A stretch of 63,594 nt of DNA, filler included, from Octopus bimaculoides (GCF_001194135.2; 4 parts of 4 records of this genome joined end to end with filler, not necessarily neighbours in it); one strand, 5' to 3'; positions 1 through 12,391 are shown, counted from the whole stretch's first letter. Notes: generated by a model from the letters alone, not told the origin. Program-made: numbers and translations.

Positions 1-290
1 GGTGGTGACGGGTGGTGGTGTTAGTGTTGCTGCCGTGGTTGCAGCGGCAGTGGCTGTAGTAGTGGAGGAGGAGGTGGTGGTGGTGGTGGTGGTGGTGGTG
101 ATGATGATGGTGTTCGCGGTGATTGTAGTGGTCGTGGTGGTAGTGGTGGAAGTGGCAGTGGTGGTGATGCTGGTAGTGGTCGTGGTAGTGCTTGTAGCTG
201 TAATGGTGGTGATGGCGGTGGTGGTACTGGAAGTGGTGTTGATGGTGGTGTTGGTGGTGGTGGTTGTGGTGCCTGTGTAGTGCTGTGGGC
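1..290. repeat. Imperfect (GTG/GGT)n low-complexity tract
   Basis: Seen directly. It produces the poly-V and poly-P ORFs. Confidence 0.95.
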
Positions 291-411
291 ATCAGTGGTG
301 GAGGTGCTACAATAAGTTAAGATGTGATAATAAATAGCAGAACATCTATTTGCACGATCAACTTTTATCTTATCAAAATATTCAATAAATAAATAAATAA
401 ATAAATCTAAA

Positions 412-462
<51 letters not shown>

Positions 463-601
463 TCACTCACACACACTTGTATATACGCACGTAAAAAGGA
501 AGACGAGATAAAGAAGGGAAGAAAAAGGGTATCGAAAAATAGGAAAAAGGAAAGGAAAACACCGCGAACCAACACTTGAAACGACAAGAAGAGTAACTAA
601 A

Positions 602-662
602 AACAACAACAACAACAACAACAACAACAATAATAATAATAATAATAATAACAATAATAATA

Positions 663-709
<47 letters not shown>
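602..709. repeat. Compound microsatellite (AAC)n-(AAT)n-(GAT)n
   Basis: Seen directly. Confidence 0.97.
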
Positions 710-960
710 ATGTTAGCCTTTGTCTCATTCATTTGACATAGTTTTTTCAAAGAGATACGGCCGCGCTCTCTGCTTTCCTTCAGTTTCTTTAACTTGTTCA
801 AGTAGAACTTAGCCCCCCCCACCACCACCACCACTACTCTTTACCTGAACAGGATCCCCAATGTGCGATTAAACCTGTTTCCATGTGTACGTGTTTTTTG
901 AGTGTTTTTCGAAGCGTACCTAGATTTGTGTATGTGTGTGTGTGTGTGTATGCTCATATA

Positions 961-1039
<79 letters not shown>

Positions 1040-1047
<8 letters not shown>

Positions 1048-1240
1048 TATCGGATTGATTGATTGACCGAACAATTAATCACGGAACTGATTAGTTAATT
1101 TATTAGATAGTAAACTAGTTGGCTAATAATAGATGAATTAAACAGAATCAGCGCGTGTGTTTATCATTGCTATAAAGATTCTCCCGAGTTACAACAAAGT
1201 CTTTGTCACCAATAACCTTGCGGACCAAATACAATACACC
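1040..1240 (-). repeat. Dispersed repeat, homologous to 39965-40170 (+)
   Basis: Shared blocks AAT(G/A)ATAAACACACGC(G/A)CTGATTCT, TATTATTAG(C/T)CAACTAGTT and TTGGT(C/T)CG(C/G)AAG(G/A)TT, aligned by hand. Confidence 0.75.
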
Positions 1241-1940
1241 ACATCCATCCAAACACACACACATGCACACACACTCACACAGACACACGCACACACATAC
1301 ACACATACACATACACACACGCGCACCCACAACAACACACACACACACACACATATATCGTTTTCATTTTCATTACACGTAGGGTCAACAAAAAAGAGTT
1401 CCATCCAGTGAGAAATAAATATCATTTAATATACACAATTACAAAAGTGCTGCAAATAGTTTCATGCTTCATGATACATTAAATTGGTTCATCTGTATAA
1501 CCTGCCATGTATCTCCAAACAATCTTTCAGGCTCAGTTCATAATGTTATATGCATTTAAAAACTAGGACGCTGGACTATGAGAAAATATGAGGAAAAAAA
1601 CGCTGGACTATGATAAAAACAAATACGTATTTTATTAAGTCTGTTGCAAGTAATTATAAATAAAACAAAATTTATCATACTTGGGATTTTCAAGGGTATG
1701 TTTAACAATCAAGGAATTTTTACGGGTAACCGCTAGTTACTTTGTAATACCCAGGCCAGTGATCCCTTGAATTCACAGAAGTAATTTGCGAGTAATTTAT
1801 TTCTAATTTACTTTAGACCAACTAAATTGTATTTATTTTTGCACGGCAAAGATATAAGCGACAAAGACGTTAGCTGTTGACTTTTAAGAAAGCGCTGTGT
1901 ATATCATTTTGTGTTTGTTTTGTATATTTATGTATGTGCA

Positions 1941-1943
<3 letters not shown>

Positions 1944-2021
<78 letters not shown>
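1944..2021. repeat. (TG)n microsatellite, representative of many CA/TG, TA, GA, GATA, GACA and TATG arrays across the window
   Basis: Seen directly. Confidence 0.98.
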
Positions 2022-2023
<2 letters not shown>

Positions 2024-2241
2024 ACGTGTTTTACAGTGACAAAGATATTAAGATATGATAGACTATAAGCATTTGATAACAGCTGGTGTTCACCATTTTT
2101 AACTCCAGCCTTCAACGGTACTTTTGTGTATGTATGGCTGTGTGCGATGTGTGTGTCTGTATGAGTACATATCTATGTACTCGTACATACATAAACATTT
2201 GTATTATACATACACACGCACATATATGTATGTGTGTGTGT

Positions 2242-2281
<40 letters not shown>

Positions 2282-2767
2282 GTGTGTGTTTGTGACAATT
2301 AGTCGGTTGTCATAATAAAACTCAGATTTTTGAATACCGGGGCTGAAGTCTGCTCCGGCATCTCATCAGTTATGTGTGTGTTTGTATGTATTTGTACACG
2401 CATGTGTGATTATGTATATAGATATATATATATCTATATACATACATGTGTGTGTGTGTGCATACGTGTATGTGTGCATACGTCTATGTGTGCATGCATA
2501 TGTGTGCATATGCGGATTCTATGAATGAAGTATTACTTTCACCATGCCTATTAGAGTAATCTCCCTTCATTCGAACGTCGGACAAAATGGCTTACACTGT
2601 TTCAACCGACTCTAAGCGCTCTAGTACTGAGGTCAACTTTGCCAAGAACGACGGAATAAAGTGACATAAAGAAACGTGGGGTACTCGTCTACTTCTACAT
2701 TTGCTGGCCTTGTGCAAAAATTAGAAACCATTATTATTGTTGTTGTTGTTGTTGTTATTATTATTAT

Positions 2768-2990
2768 AAGGCGGCGAGCTGGCAGAATCGTTAGCACGCC
2801 GGGCGAAATGCTTAGCGGTTTTCCATTCGTCGCTACGTTCTAAGTTCAAATTCCACCGAGGACGACTTTGCCTTTCATCCTTTCGAGGTCGATAAATTAA
2901 GTACCAGTCAAGTCCTGGGACCGATGTGTTCGATTGTCCCCCTCCTCACAAAAATCCAGGCCTTGTGCCTTTTGTAGAAAGGATTATTAT
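2768..2990 (+). mobile_element. tRNA-derived SINE, family A, full length
   Basis: Head GGCGGCGAGCTGGCAGAATCGTTAGC, B-box-like GTTCAAATTCC, central GACTTTGCCTTTCATCCTTTCG(A/G)GGTCGATAAA, tail GGCCTTGTGCC...AGAAAGG plus (ATT)n. At least seven related copies occur in the window. Confidence 0.9.
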
Positions 2991-3258
2991 TACTACTATT
3001 ATAATTGTTGTTATTATTATTATTATTATTATGCAAGATCCTTAGATCGTTGGAAAGATCTGCGGAATTTGTTCTGGGTTTAAATCCTGATGGGATAAAT
3101 TTTGCTTCTAATTCTTTGATGTCATTGAAATGAAATAACAGCCACGTGCCGTGGTCGATTTAATTCCTATTCTCCTCCCCTCCCCGTCAAATTGCTAATG
3201 AGCCCTTTTCGCCAAAAATATTTTTATCATTTTTATCATTATTATATTTATTATTATT

Positions 3259-3340
3259 AAGGCAGGGAGCTGGCAGAATCATTAGCATGCTGGCCAAAAT
3301 GCTTAGCGGCATTTCACTCGCTTTTACATTCTTTGACGTA
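3259..3340 (+). mobile_element. SINE family A, 5' fragment
   Basis: AAGGCAGGGAGCTGGCAGAATCATTAGC...AAATGCTTAGCGG matches the head at 2768. Confidence 0.8.
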
Positions 3341-3409
3341 TGGAGCCTATGCTCTTTGAGAGAAAGGAATGAGGGGAAAATGGAAAGAGAGACAGAAAAA
3401 AACGGACAT

Positions 3410-3452
<43 letters not shown>

Positions 3453-3701
3453 GCATATTCATGTGTGTGAAGGGTGTTTATATGTAGAGGTTTGTGTATG
3501 GAGTACAGAAACAGCAGACGACATAAAATAAAAACCAAGCGAGATCAGAAAGCACCGAAAAAAGAGAAAAATAAATAAATAAATCTTAACTGGGGAGAAA
3601 AGAATTTTTACGTCAGCGTTTTTAGAGATTCATTCTGAAAAGGTGTGAATAACAACATAAAAGGATAACAACACAAGTAAAAAAAAATAAATAAATACAC
3701 G

Positions 3702-3768
<67 letters not shown>

Positions 3769-3926
3769 CAAAATGCACTCATTTGTAAAGGCCGTCTGGC
3801 CTAATTTGTTGGTATTTAAGTATGTATTACCCTCCGTATATACATACNNNNNNNNNNNNNNNNNNNNNNNNNNNNNNNNNNNNNNNNNNNNNNNNNNNNN
3901 NNNNNNNNNNNNNNNNNNNNNNNNNN

Positions 3927-3974
<48 letters not shown>

Positions 3975-4252
3975 TCGCACACACACAAACACATACATAC
4001 ATGCATACATATATATACTTATACATATATATGTATGTAAATATGTATGTATATTCATGTACACACATAAGCACATATATATATATATATACAGGTGAGT
4101 GCATATAACTATGTTCGTTGACTTAATTCGTTTGTATTACGATTTTAGATTATAGTTGCTTTCTTGGGACTCAGGTGTTTAAATAAATCAGTTGAGCATA
4201 CGCACGGATGGATTACATTTTCGTTCTAACTTATGGAATATTCTATCTATCG

Positions 4253-4302
<50 letters not shown>

Positions 4303-4532
4303 TTGTCTGTCTGTCTGTCTGTCCATCTATCGATATATGTATATATATATTGGTCTCTTTCACCTCTCTCTCTCTCTCTCTTTCGCTATATATATATATA
4401 TATATAGGGAGATGTACTTGCATAGCAAGTGACCTGATCTGAGATCGTGTGCTGGAACGAAAACAATTGCAGCGTGGAAGGTGTTTATAAGCCATTTAAA
4501 NNNNNNNNNNATATATATATATATCTTTTATA

Positions 4533-4700
4533 TTTCATTGCGGCCATGCTGGAGCACCACCTTGAAAACTTTTTAGTCAAACGTATTGATCCTAGTAATT
4601 ATTGTTTTTTTCTAAAAGCCTGATAATTTTTCGATAAGTTACAGGGACGTAAACAAACAAGCACCAGTTATTAAGCGGTAACGGATGAGAACACACACAC
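4533..4700 (-). mobile_element. SINE family C, 3' portion
   Basis: TGCGGCCATGCTGGAGCACC(A/G)CCTTGAA block shared with 26388-26590 and 55443-55556. Confidence 0.7.
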
Positions 4701-4738
4701 ACACATATACATACACATACACACACACACAAATATAA

Positions 4739-4865
4739 TTACGATGGGCTTCTTTCAGTTTCCGTTTACCAAATCGACTCAGAAAGCTTTGGTCGACCCA
4801 TGGCCCATAGTAGAAGACAGTCACACAAGATGGCACGTAGTGCGTTTAAACCGGAAACCATGTTT
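4739..4865 (-). mobile_element. SINE family B (CORE-SINE-like)
   Basis: The reverse complement matches 24310-24475 (GACGGAAACTGAAAGAAGCCCGTCG tail). Confidence 0.85.
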
Positions 4866-5131
4866 AGGATGTTTATTGCAATGCTTCATACTGCATTATT
4901 CGCCTTTAGATAAACCGTGTTAAAACCCCACATCATTAAGGCCGCTCCTGCATATCATTAACGGACGACAAGTGTTTCGCATGGTCGATGGATCTAACAG
5001 ATCAGCTAATTTGAATGTACTGCGCTTTTTTAGCGTCACGTGTCCTCTCGCCACACCTCTGGCAAATCGTCCTGTCAACGATAATATGGAATAACAGTGA
5101 CTTTTCAGTCATTGACATCGGAAATAGCGAG

Positions 5132-5262
5132 CAGCCATATGGTTCCGGGTTCAGTCTTATTGCGTGGTACCTTGGGCAAATGTCTTCTAACAAAGCACCA
5201 TGCTGGCCAAAGCCTTGTGAGTGGATTTGGTAGACGGAAACTAAAAGAAGCACGTCGTATAT
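5132..5262 (+). mobile_element. SINE family B (CORE-SINE-like)
   Basis: CATATGGTTCCGGGTTCAGTC...CCTTGGGCAAATGTCTTCTA...GGATTTGGTAGACGGAAACT. Confidence 0.88.
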
Positions 5263-5265
5263 ATA

Positions 5266-5420
5266 TATCGAGTATAACCAGCCGAAATTGCAAAGATAAC
5301 CTGGAACTCGACTGAGGAAAGAAAACTCCGAATGAGCCGTCCTTGTTTTCTTTGTATGGTCTTTCTGGATGCTTTTGTTCCATTGCGTTTTTGTTCCATT
5401 TTTGTATTTTATATATATAT
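5266..5420 (+). repeat. Dispersed repeat ending in (TA)n, homologous to 27030-27200
   Basis: Shared ATCGAGTATAACCAGCCGAAATTGCAAAGATAA(C/T)CTGGA(A/T)CTCGAC...AAAACTCCGAATGA. Confidence 0.85.
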
Positions 5421-5843
5421 ATATAAATATATATATATATATNNNNNNNNNNNNNNNNNNNNNNNNNNNNNNNNNNNNNNNNNNNNNNNNNNNNNNNNNN
5501 NNNNNNNNNNNNNNNNNNNNNNNNNNNNNNNNNNNNNNNNNNNNNNNNNNNNNNNNNNNNNNNNNNNNNNNNNNNNNNNNNNNNNNNNNNNNNNNNNNNN
5601 NNNNNNNNNNNNNNNNNNNNNNNNNNNNNNNNNNNNNNNNNNNNNNNNNNNNNNNNNNNNNNNNNNNNNNNNNNNNNNNNNNNNNNNNNNNNNNNNNNNN
5701 NNNNNNNNNNNNNNNNNNNNNNNNNNNNNNNNNNNNNNNNNNNNNNNNNNNNNNNNNNNNNNNNNNNNNNNNNNNNNNNNNNNNNNNNNNNNNNNNNNNN
5801 NNNNNNNNNNNNNNNNNNNNNNNNNNNNNNGTGTGTGTGTATG

Positions 5844-5875
<32 letters not shown>

Positions 5876-5975
5876 GTATTATACAAATAGATGTGTGTAT
5901 ATATATATATAGATAGATATGTATATGTACATCTTTTCGTACTCATGCAACTATGCATATGTATACATATATATG

Positions 5976-6009
<34 letters not shown>

Positions 6010-6010
6010 T

Positions 6011-6057
<47 letters not shown>

Positions 6058-6843
6058 TATAATTTTATGTTCAATTGTGTACATACTTATATACATACAT
6101 ATACATATGTATATGTACCTATGTGCGCGAGCGCGCGTGTGTAGGTATATACGCAGATACATACATTTACATGTATGCAAAAATCGCGTCAACAAACACA
6201 TTAGCAAAAGCACAATTTCGCTGTATTTGTATGTGTGTGTCTAGCAGACCATTCAGGTATTTAAGAGTATATTTATCTTACTCACAGAAAATACACCCCT
6301 TAGATACACCCGTTAAGTAAATAACCTTCAATCGGTACATTCTCGTCACGGCCTTTCCTGTAGGATCTTTTTTTTTTTTTTATTTGTGACCATAATTAGG
6401 GAGAAAGAAAACTTGGCTGCGCATGTGAATGGTTAGGTTACTTTTGTGCAACGTTCCTCTATATGTACATGCATATAGAACAGTGAGACGTAGATGTACG
6501 TTCGCAAACTCACGCAAACACACACAAACATACATTCGTGTAAAGGTGGTGGCTAACATGTCGTATATGTGTATGAGGATGTGTGTGAATTTTTGCATAC
6601 GCATGCATATATATATATATATATACGTATGTATGTACGCATATATATATATATATATATATGTAGTTTCGAATGTCGGAGCGAAGAGTTACGATGCATT
6701 CTCGTCGGCTATTAACGGCAATAGAAACTCCGAGTACTATAATGACAACCATTTACCTTCGTTCTAAATTATAACATATATTAATAATCCTCTATTTCTC
6801 TATTATCGAGGTCACTTTCTTTTGTTGTTTCCTTTTTATTACT

Positions 6844-6875
<32 letters not shown>

Positions 6876-6948
6876 TATATATNNNNNNNNNNNNNNNNNN
6901 NNNNNNNNNNNNNNNNNNNNNNNNNNNNNNNNNNNNNNNNNATATATA

Positions 6949-6987
<39 letters not shown>

Positions 6988-7297
6988 GTGTGTGTATATA
7001 TATAAATGTGTGTGTGCCTGTCTCTATCTGTGTGTATATGTATTTATGTATGTATGTATGTATGTATATATAAACATGCATACATATATATGCACTCGTA
7101 TATACAAGTATATGTATTTTAGATCTGCATTTCCGTATAAAATACCTTGAAGAAATTTTAAGCGTTTTTTCTTAATAAATTTCCCTATGGAAGACTTTGA
7201 TGTTATTTTCACAAACTCCACTAAGACAAAATTTACCTCTATTATTTTAAATCACGCATTGCTCAGGAGTACAACAGAATAAGTATTTGTCTTAATT

Positions 7298-7342
7298 GAT
7301 ATTGGCTGAAGAGACAAGCAGGTGTCGAAACGTCATCATATC
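7298..7342 (+). ncRNA. Minimal type I hammerhead ribozyme motif, Penelope-like
   Basis: CTGAAGA (7306), stem II GACA/TGTC, GAAAC-GTC. The outer stem I GATAT/ATATC pairs but the inner stem I is mismatched. Confidence 0.55.
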
Positions 7343-8363
7343 CCCTTGGGTAAGTACATCCTTAGCATTTTTGTATGGTTTATTCGATATTCACTTTCCC
7401 CTCTATGTCATCATAAATGTTTTCGACATAACTCCTATCGTCTTAATTAATCATTGAGCACTCGAACTGAATAAATCTCACGTTTATAGGAATGAAGATG
7501 TACCTTATATGGTTTATGTATTAATATGTTTATACATCGCGTTCAACAGTTTCTGGTTATTAAATACATTGAAGCTTAATATATTTTGCAATAGCTCTCT
7601 CGGGACATATTTTCATTAAGTCAGTTAGGCGAAATTTTTTCGTTTATCTTATAATATATGTATGCGGTCGTCAACAATCGGTAGAAAATCTCTTTCGCTC
7701 GAGAGGGACCCATTAAAATAGAATCGATAGGCTTTATCACAGAAGCATAAACAGAAAGGAGAAGACTAGAATGAGATCTCATTAGCAGATTACACCCGAT
7801 CAGTTTTTTACGACGCACTCGTTTTTTTTCGCCACATCTACCTACATATGTTCAACCCGGGTGGGCGAATACATTCTTAAATCTGTAAAACAAATAAATA
7901 TGCCTTAATATACAGCTGTTGAATGGACATAGATTTCTGAAAATATCAGGATGTTTCGGGGTATATGCTATATTCTAGATTTACTTTTACCATTAATTTC
8001 AGTCATCGCTACTTTGGTCATAACCTCGAGTACCTTAATTAGCTATTGAGCACTCTCGTTAGATAACAAATGACGAATTAAGAAAGTATCGTGTTTGGCC
8101 CATATGATTCGATTGTCGAGTTACACAATATCTATCTATCTATCTATCTATCTACATATCAGGCCTCCCTCCCTCTTTGAATATGTATATTTCTATACAT
8201 CATGTGATCACGTGAATGACCAGGGTATCAGATGTTGTTACACATCGCTAGTCACAATGTGCTTTTGCATTGTTTTAGCCTTCAAATGACACCACCCTGC
8301 TTGTAAGGTGAGCAGGCCAACATTCGACCCCTGGTGCAACGTAAAATAAAGTGTTTTTCGACC

Positions 8364-8402
8364 TAAGGTTTTCATGGATTTATAAAATACATGAAAACCT
8401 TA
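8364..8402. other. Inverted repeat with a 13-bp perfect stem
   Basis: TAAGGTTTTCATG ... CATGAAAACCTTA. Confidence 0.85.
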
Positions 8403-8568
8403 AATCAAAAATGATTTTATACCGAAATTTGTTCATTGCATGCAACCGGTCAGTGTTGTAAAGACCATTAGTTGAAAGGACCAATGAAACAAAACCATTT
8501 TCAAACGTGAATCCATTAAACTAAATGTATATGTTTGCTTATAGCTTTAATTTCGTTCAATTCTAAAC

Positions 8569-8614
8569 AAAACTCTCCGACGAACGGGAACGTGAAACTC
8601 TGTGTAAGAGTTTT
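8569..8614 (+). ncRNA. Type I hammerhead ribozyme motif with a U4-to-C core change
   Basis: Stem I AAAACTCT/AGAGTTTT (8 bp), core CCGACGA, stem II ACG/CGT with a GGAA loop, GAAAC, GTA triplet (8604-8606), then AATAAA about 30 nt downstream. Confidence 0.6.
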
Positions 8615-9322
8615 TGTGATATTTTGCTGCTTTTTAATAAAGTATATATATATGTCTGTATATATATATATATATNNNNNNNNNNNNNNNNNNNNNNNNN
8701 NNNNNNNNNNNNNNNNNNNNNNNNNNNNNNNNNNNNNNNNNNNNNNNNNNNNNNNNNNNNNNNNNNNNNNNNNNNNNNNNNNNNNNNNNNNNNNNNNNNN
8801 NNNNNNNNNNNNNNNNNNNNNNNNNNNNNNNNNNNNNNNNNNNNNNNNNNNNNNNNNNNNNNNNNNNNNNNNNNNNNNNNNNNNNNNNNNNNNNNNNNNN
8901 NNNNNNNNNNNNNNNNNNNNNNNNNNNNNNNNNNNNNNNNNNNNNNNNNNNNNNNNNNNNNNNNNNNNNNNNNNNNNNNNNNNNNNNNNNNNNNNNNNNN
9001 NNNNNNNNNNNNNNNNNNNNNNNNNNNNNNNNNNNNNNNNNNNNNNNNNNNNNNNNNNNNNNNNNNNNNNNNNNNNNNNNNNNNNNNNNNNNNNNNNNNN
9101 NNNNNNNNNNNNNNNNNNNNNNNNNNNNNNNNNNNNNNNNNNNNNNNNNNNNNNNNNNNNNNNNNNNNNNNNNNNNNNNNNNNNNNNNNNNNNNNNNNNN
9201 NNNNNNNNNNNNNNNNNNNNNNNNNNNNNNNNNNNNNNNNNNNNNNNNNNNNNNNNNNNNNNNNNNNNNNNNNNNNNNNNNNNNNNNNNNNNNNNNNNNN
9301 NNNNNNNNNNNNNNNNNNNNNN

Positions 9323-9359
<37 letters not shown>

Positions 9360-10164
9360 ATATGAAATGTATATATATATACATACATAAATATGTGTGC
9401 ATGTATGTGTGTGCATCCATGCATGTATGCATGGATGCATGTATGTATGCATGCATGTTAGTATGTGTGTGTATGTATATATGTATGCATGCGTGTATGT
9501 ATGTGCGTATGTATGCATGCATGCACGTTAGTATGTATGTATTCGCCCTTCTGTTTTCAGTTTCTGTGGTATATATAGTCCTAATGCTAGGTCGTGGTTG
9601 GAGCGGGGACCATACCTATAGAACTAGCCCGTGTGTCTACGCACGGGTGCAGTAGGGGTGGGAGAAACATGCATGAAAAAGCACTTGTTGAACTGCAACT
9701 ATTTTTGTGTAGTCGCAGGTGTTGTGGGTGGGGATGGTGGAGGTGACTGGTGGAGATGGCGGTGGCACCGGCGGAGGTGGTAATAATAGAAGCGGCAGTG
9801 GCAGCGGCGGTAGTAATACCTGTGGAGGCGGTGCTGGTGGTGTGGAGGTGGTGGTGGTAGTGGTGGTGGTAACAATGATGGTAGTAGCAGTAGTGGAGGC
9901 CGTGGTGGTAGTAATTACGAATGGTGTTTTTTGTTGTTGTCGGGATGTTGTGACTGCGGCGGCGGCGGGGTGGTAGTGACTATAGTGGTGATGTTTTTTG
10001 TTCTTGCCAAACTGCACTAGTTGATTTCTATGATTGTTGTTTTTGCTCGTTCTTCTATTCTTCAGTCACCCGTTGCAGCTGCAGCAGCTTTTGTTGTTCC
10101 AGTTTCTGTTGTTCTTGTTGCTGCTGATGTTGGTGCTGCTGTAGTTATTGTTGCTGTTCCTACT

Positions 10165-10455
10165 GCTGCTGTTGCTTCATTTCGTTATGCTGTTCTTCAG
10201 GTTACTGTGGTTTTTTGTTGCTACATTTGGTTCTGCTGTTCTTACAGTTACTGTGGTTGTTGTTGCTTCATTTGGTTCTGTTTTCCTTACCGTCACTATG
10301 GTTGTTATTGCTGCATTTGGTTCTGCTGTTCTTACAGTTACCTTGGTTGTTGTTGCTTCATTCGTCTCTGTTGTTCTTAGCGTTACTATGGTTGTTGTTG
10401 CTTCATTTGGTTGTGTTGTTCTTAGCGTTACTATGGTTGTTGTTGCTTCATCAAT
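10165..10455. repeat. 45-bp minisatellite, about 6 units
   Basis: Unit GTTACT(A/G)TGGTTGTTGTTGCTTCATTTGGTTCTGCTGTTCTTA(C/G)(A/C). Confidence 0.9.
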
Positions 10456-10927
10456 AATTCTGGTCTCAACATGGTTAGTCGATCTGTCTTACGCAACCAT
10501 TTCGCTTCTTTTCTGACTGTACAAATTCTACAAACGTTCATTCGCCCCTTCTAGTTGCTAGAGAAGAAAGAAGAGAGGGATGACAGAATGTGTAAGTGTG
10601 TTTGTAGAGCCGTAATTTCAAGGACATTGTAGCAAGTCTAACTTCGTCTGTAGCGGCGGTATTCCTTCGGTGCGGTTGGGATTTCAGCTACTACTCCAAC
10701 TGCTGCTGTTGTTATATCTGACGCTGCGGGATTAATCTTAGCGAAAAGCATTCAACATTCAACTCGGTGTTTAGAAGAGGTAGACATGAAACTGTCGATG
10801 AATTATCACAAGTTCCACGTCCTTACTTAATACCAAGAAACAAGGCAAAAGCCTACGGAACTACAAAGAGTACTCCTAAACTTCCCCAGTTGTGACAGGC
10901 GACCAGCAGGAGAAGCAAAGAATTTTA

Positions 10928-10977
<50 letters not shown>

Positions 10978-10994
10978 CACTACCACTACTACCA

Positions 10995-11031
<37 letters not shown>

Positions 11032-11048
11032 CACTACTACTACTACTA

Positions 11049-11100
<52 letters not shown>
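10928..11100. repeat. (ACT/ACC)n microsatellite running into a gap
   Basis: Seen directly. Confidence 0.97.
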
Positions 11101-11588
11101 NNNNNNNNNNNNNNNNNNNNNNNNNNNNNNNNNNNNNNNNNNNNNNNNNNNNNNNNNNNNNNNNNNNNNNNNNNNNNNNNNNNNNNNNNNNNNNNNNNNN
11201 NNNNNNNNNNNNNNNNNNNNNNNNNNNNNNNNNNNNNNNNNNNNNNNNNNNNNNNNNNNNNNNNNNNNNNNNNNNNNNNNNNNNNNNNNNNNNNNNNNNN
11301 NNNNNNNNNNNNNNNNNNNNNNNNNNNNNNNNNNNNNNNNNNNNNNNNNNNNNNNNNNNNNNNNNNNNNNNNNNNNNNNNNNNNNNNNNNNNNNNNNNNN
11401 NNNNNNNNNNNNNNNNNNNNNNNNNNNNNNNNNNNNNNNNNNNNNNNNNNNNNNNNNNNNNNNNNNNNNNNNNNNNNNNNNNNNNNNNNNNNNNNNNNNN
11501 NNNNNNNNNNNNNNNNNNNNNNNNNNNNNNNNNNNNNNNNNNNNNNNNNNNNNNNNNNNNNNNNNNNNNNNNNNNNNNNNNNNNNNNN

Positions 11589-11631
<43 letters not shown>

Positions 11632-11951
11632 ATATAAATATATATGCGTATGCGTGAATATGATATGGCTGTGTATGCATGCATACATGCGTGCGCGTGT
11701 GTTTGTGTGTGTGTTTTGTGTGTGTATGTGTGAGAGTGTGTGTATGTCGATATGTATGGATATATATATATACAGAGAGAGAGAGAGAGAGAAGAGAGTC
11801 GAAGATCTGATAGATAGAAATGTAGGCTTGTGGGTATACTGGTGGGCAGATAAACAGGCAGATAGAGTTAAGTGCATAAATATACAAACACCTTTTCAAG
11901 AATTACATAGGTATATCTTTATATGTGTATGTGTGTACACACACACACACA

Positions 11952-12022
<71 letters not shown>

Positions 12023-12326
12023 GTGTGTATGTATGTATGTATGTATACATATATATATATATGTATATATGTATACATATATATATGTGTATATATATAT
12101 GTGTGCGCGCATATATATATACACACACACGCGTATTGTACATGTACATATGTACGTATATATCTATATTAACACAATACACAAAAGGAAAGAGAGAGAA
12201 AGAGAAAGACAAGAACTGAATGATAAACATGGAATGGAAAACGGTGGTGATTGGTCGATAGTCACGCATACATGCACAAGCACAATACTAACATGTGCAC
12301 ACATATGCACTAACCACATGCACACA

Positions 12327-12391
<65 letters not shown>

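Noticed and set aside
5305-5345. CTGAGGA...GAATGA...GTC hammerhead-like pattern, also at 27075
   Set aside because: GAAA is replaced by GAAT with extra bases and stem I does not pair. It is too non-canonical to call without family covariation data.
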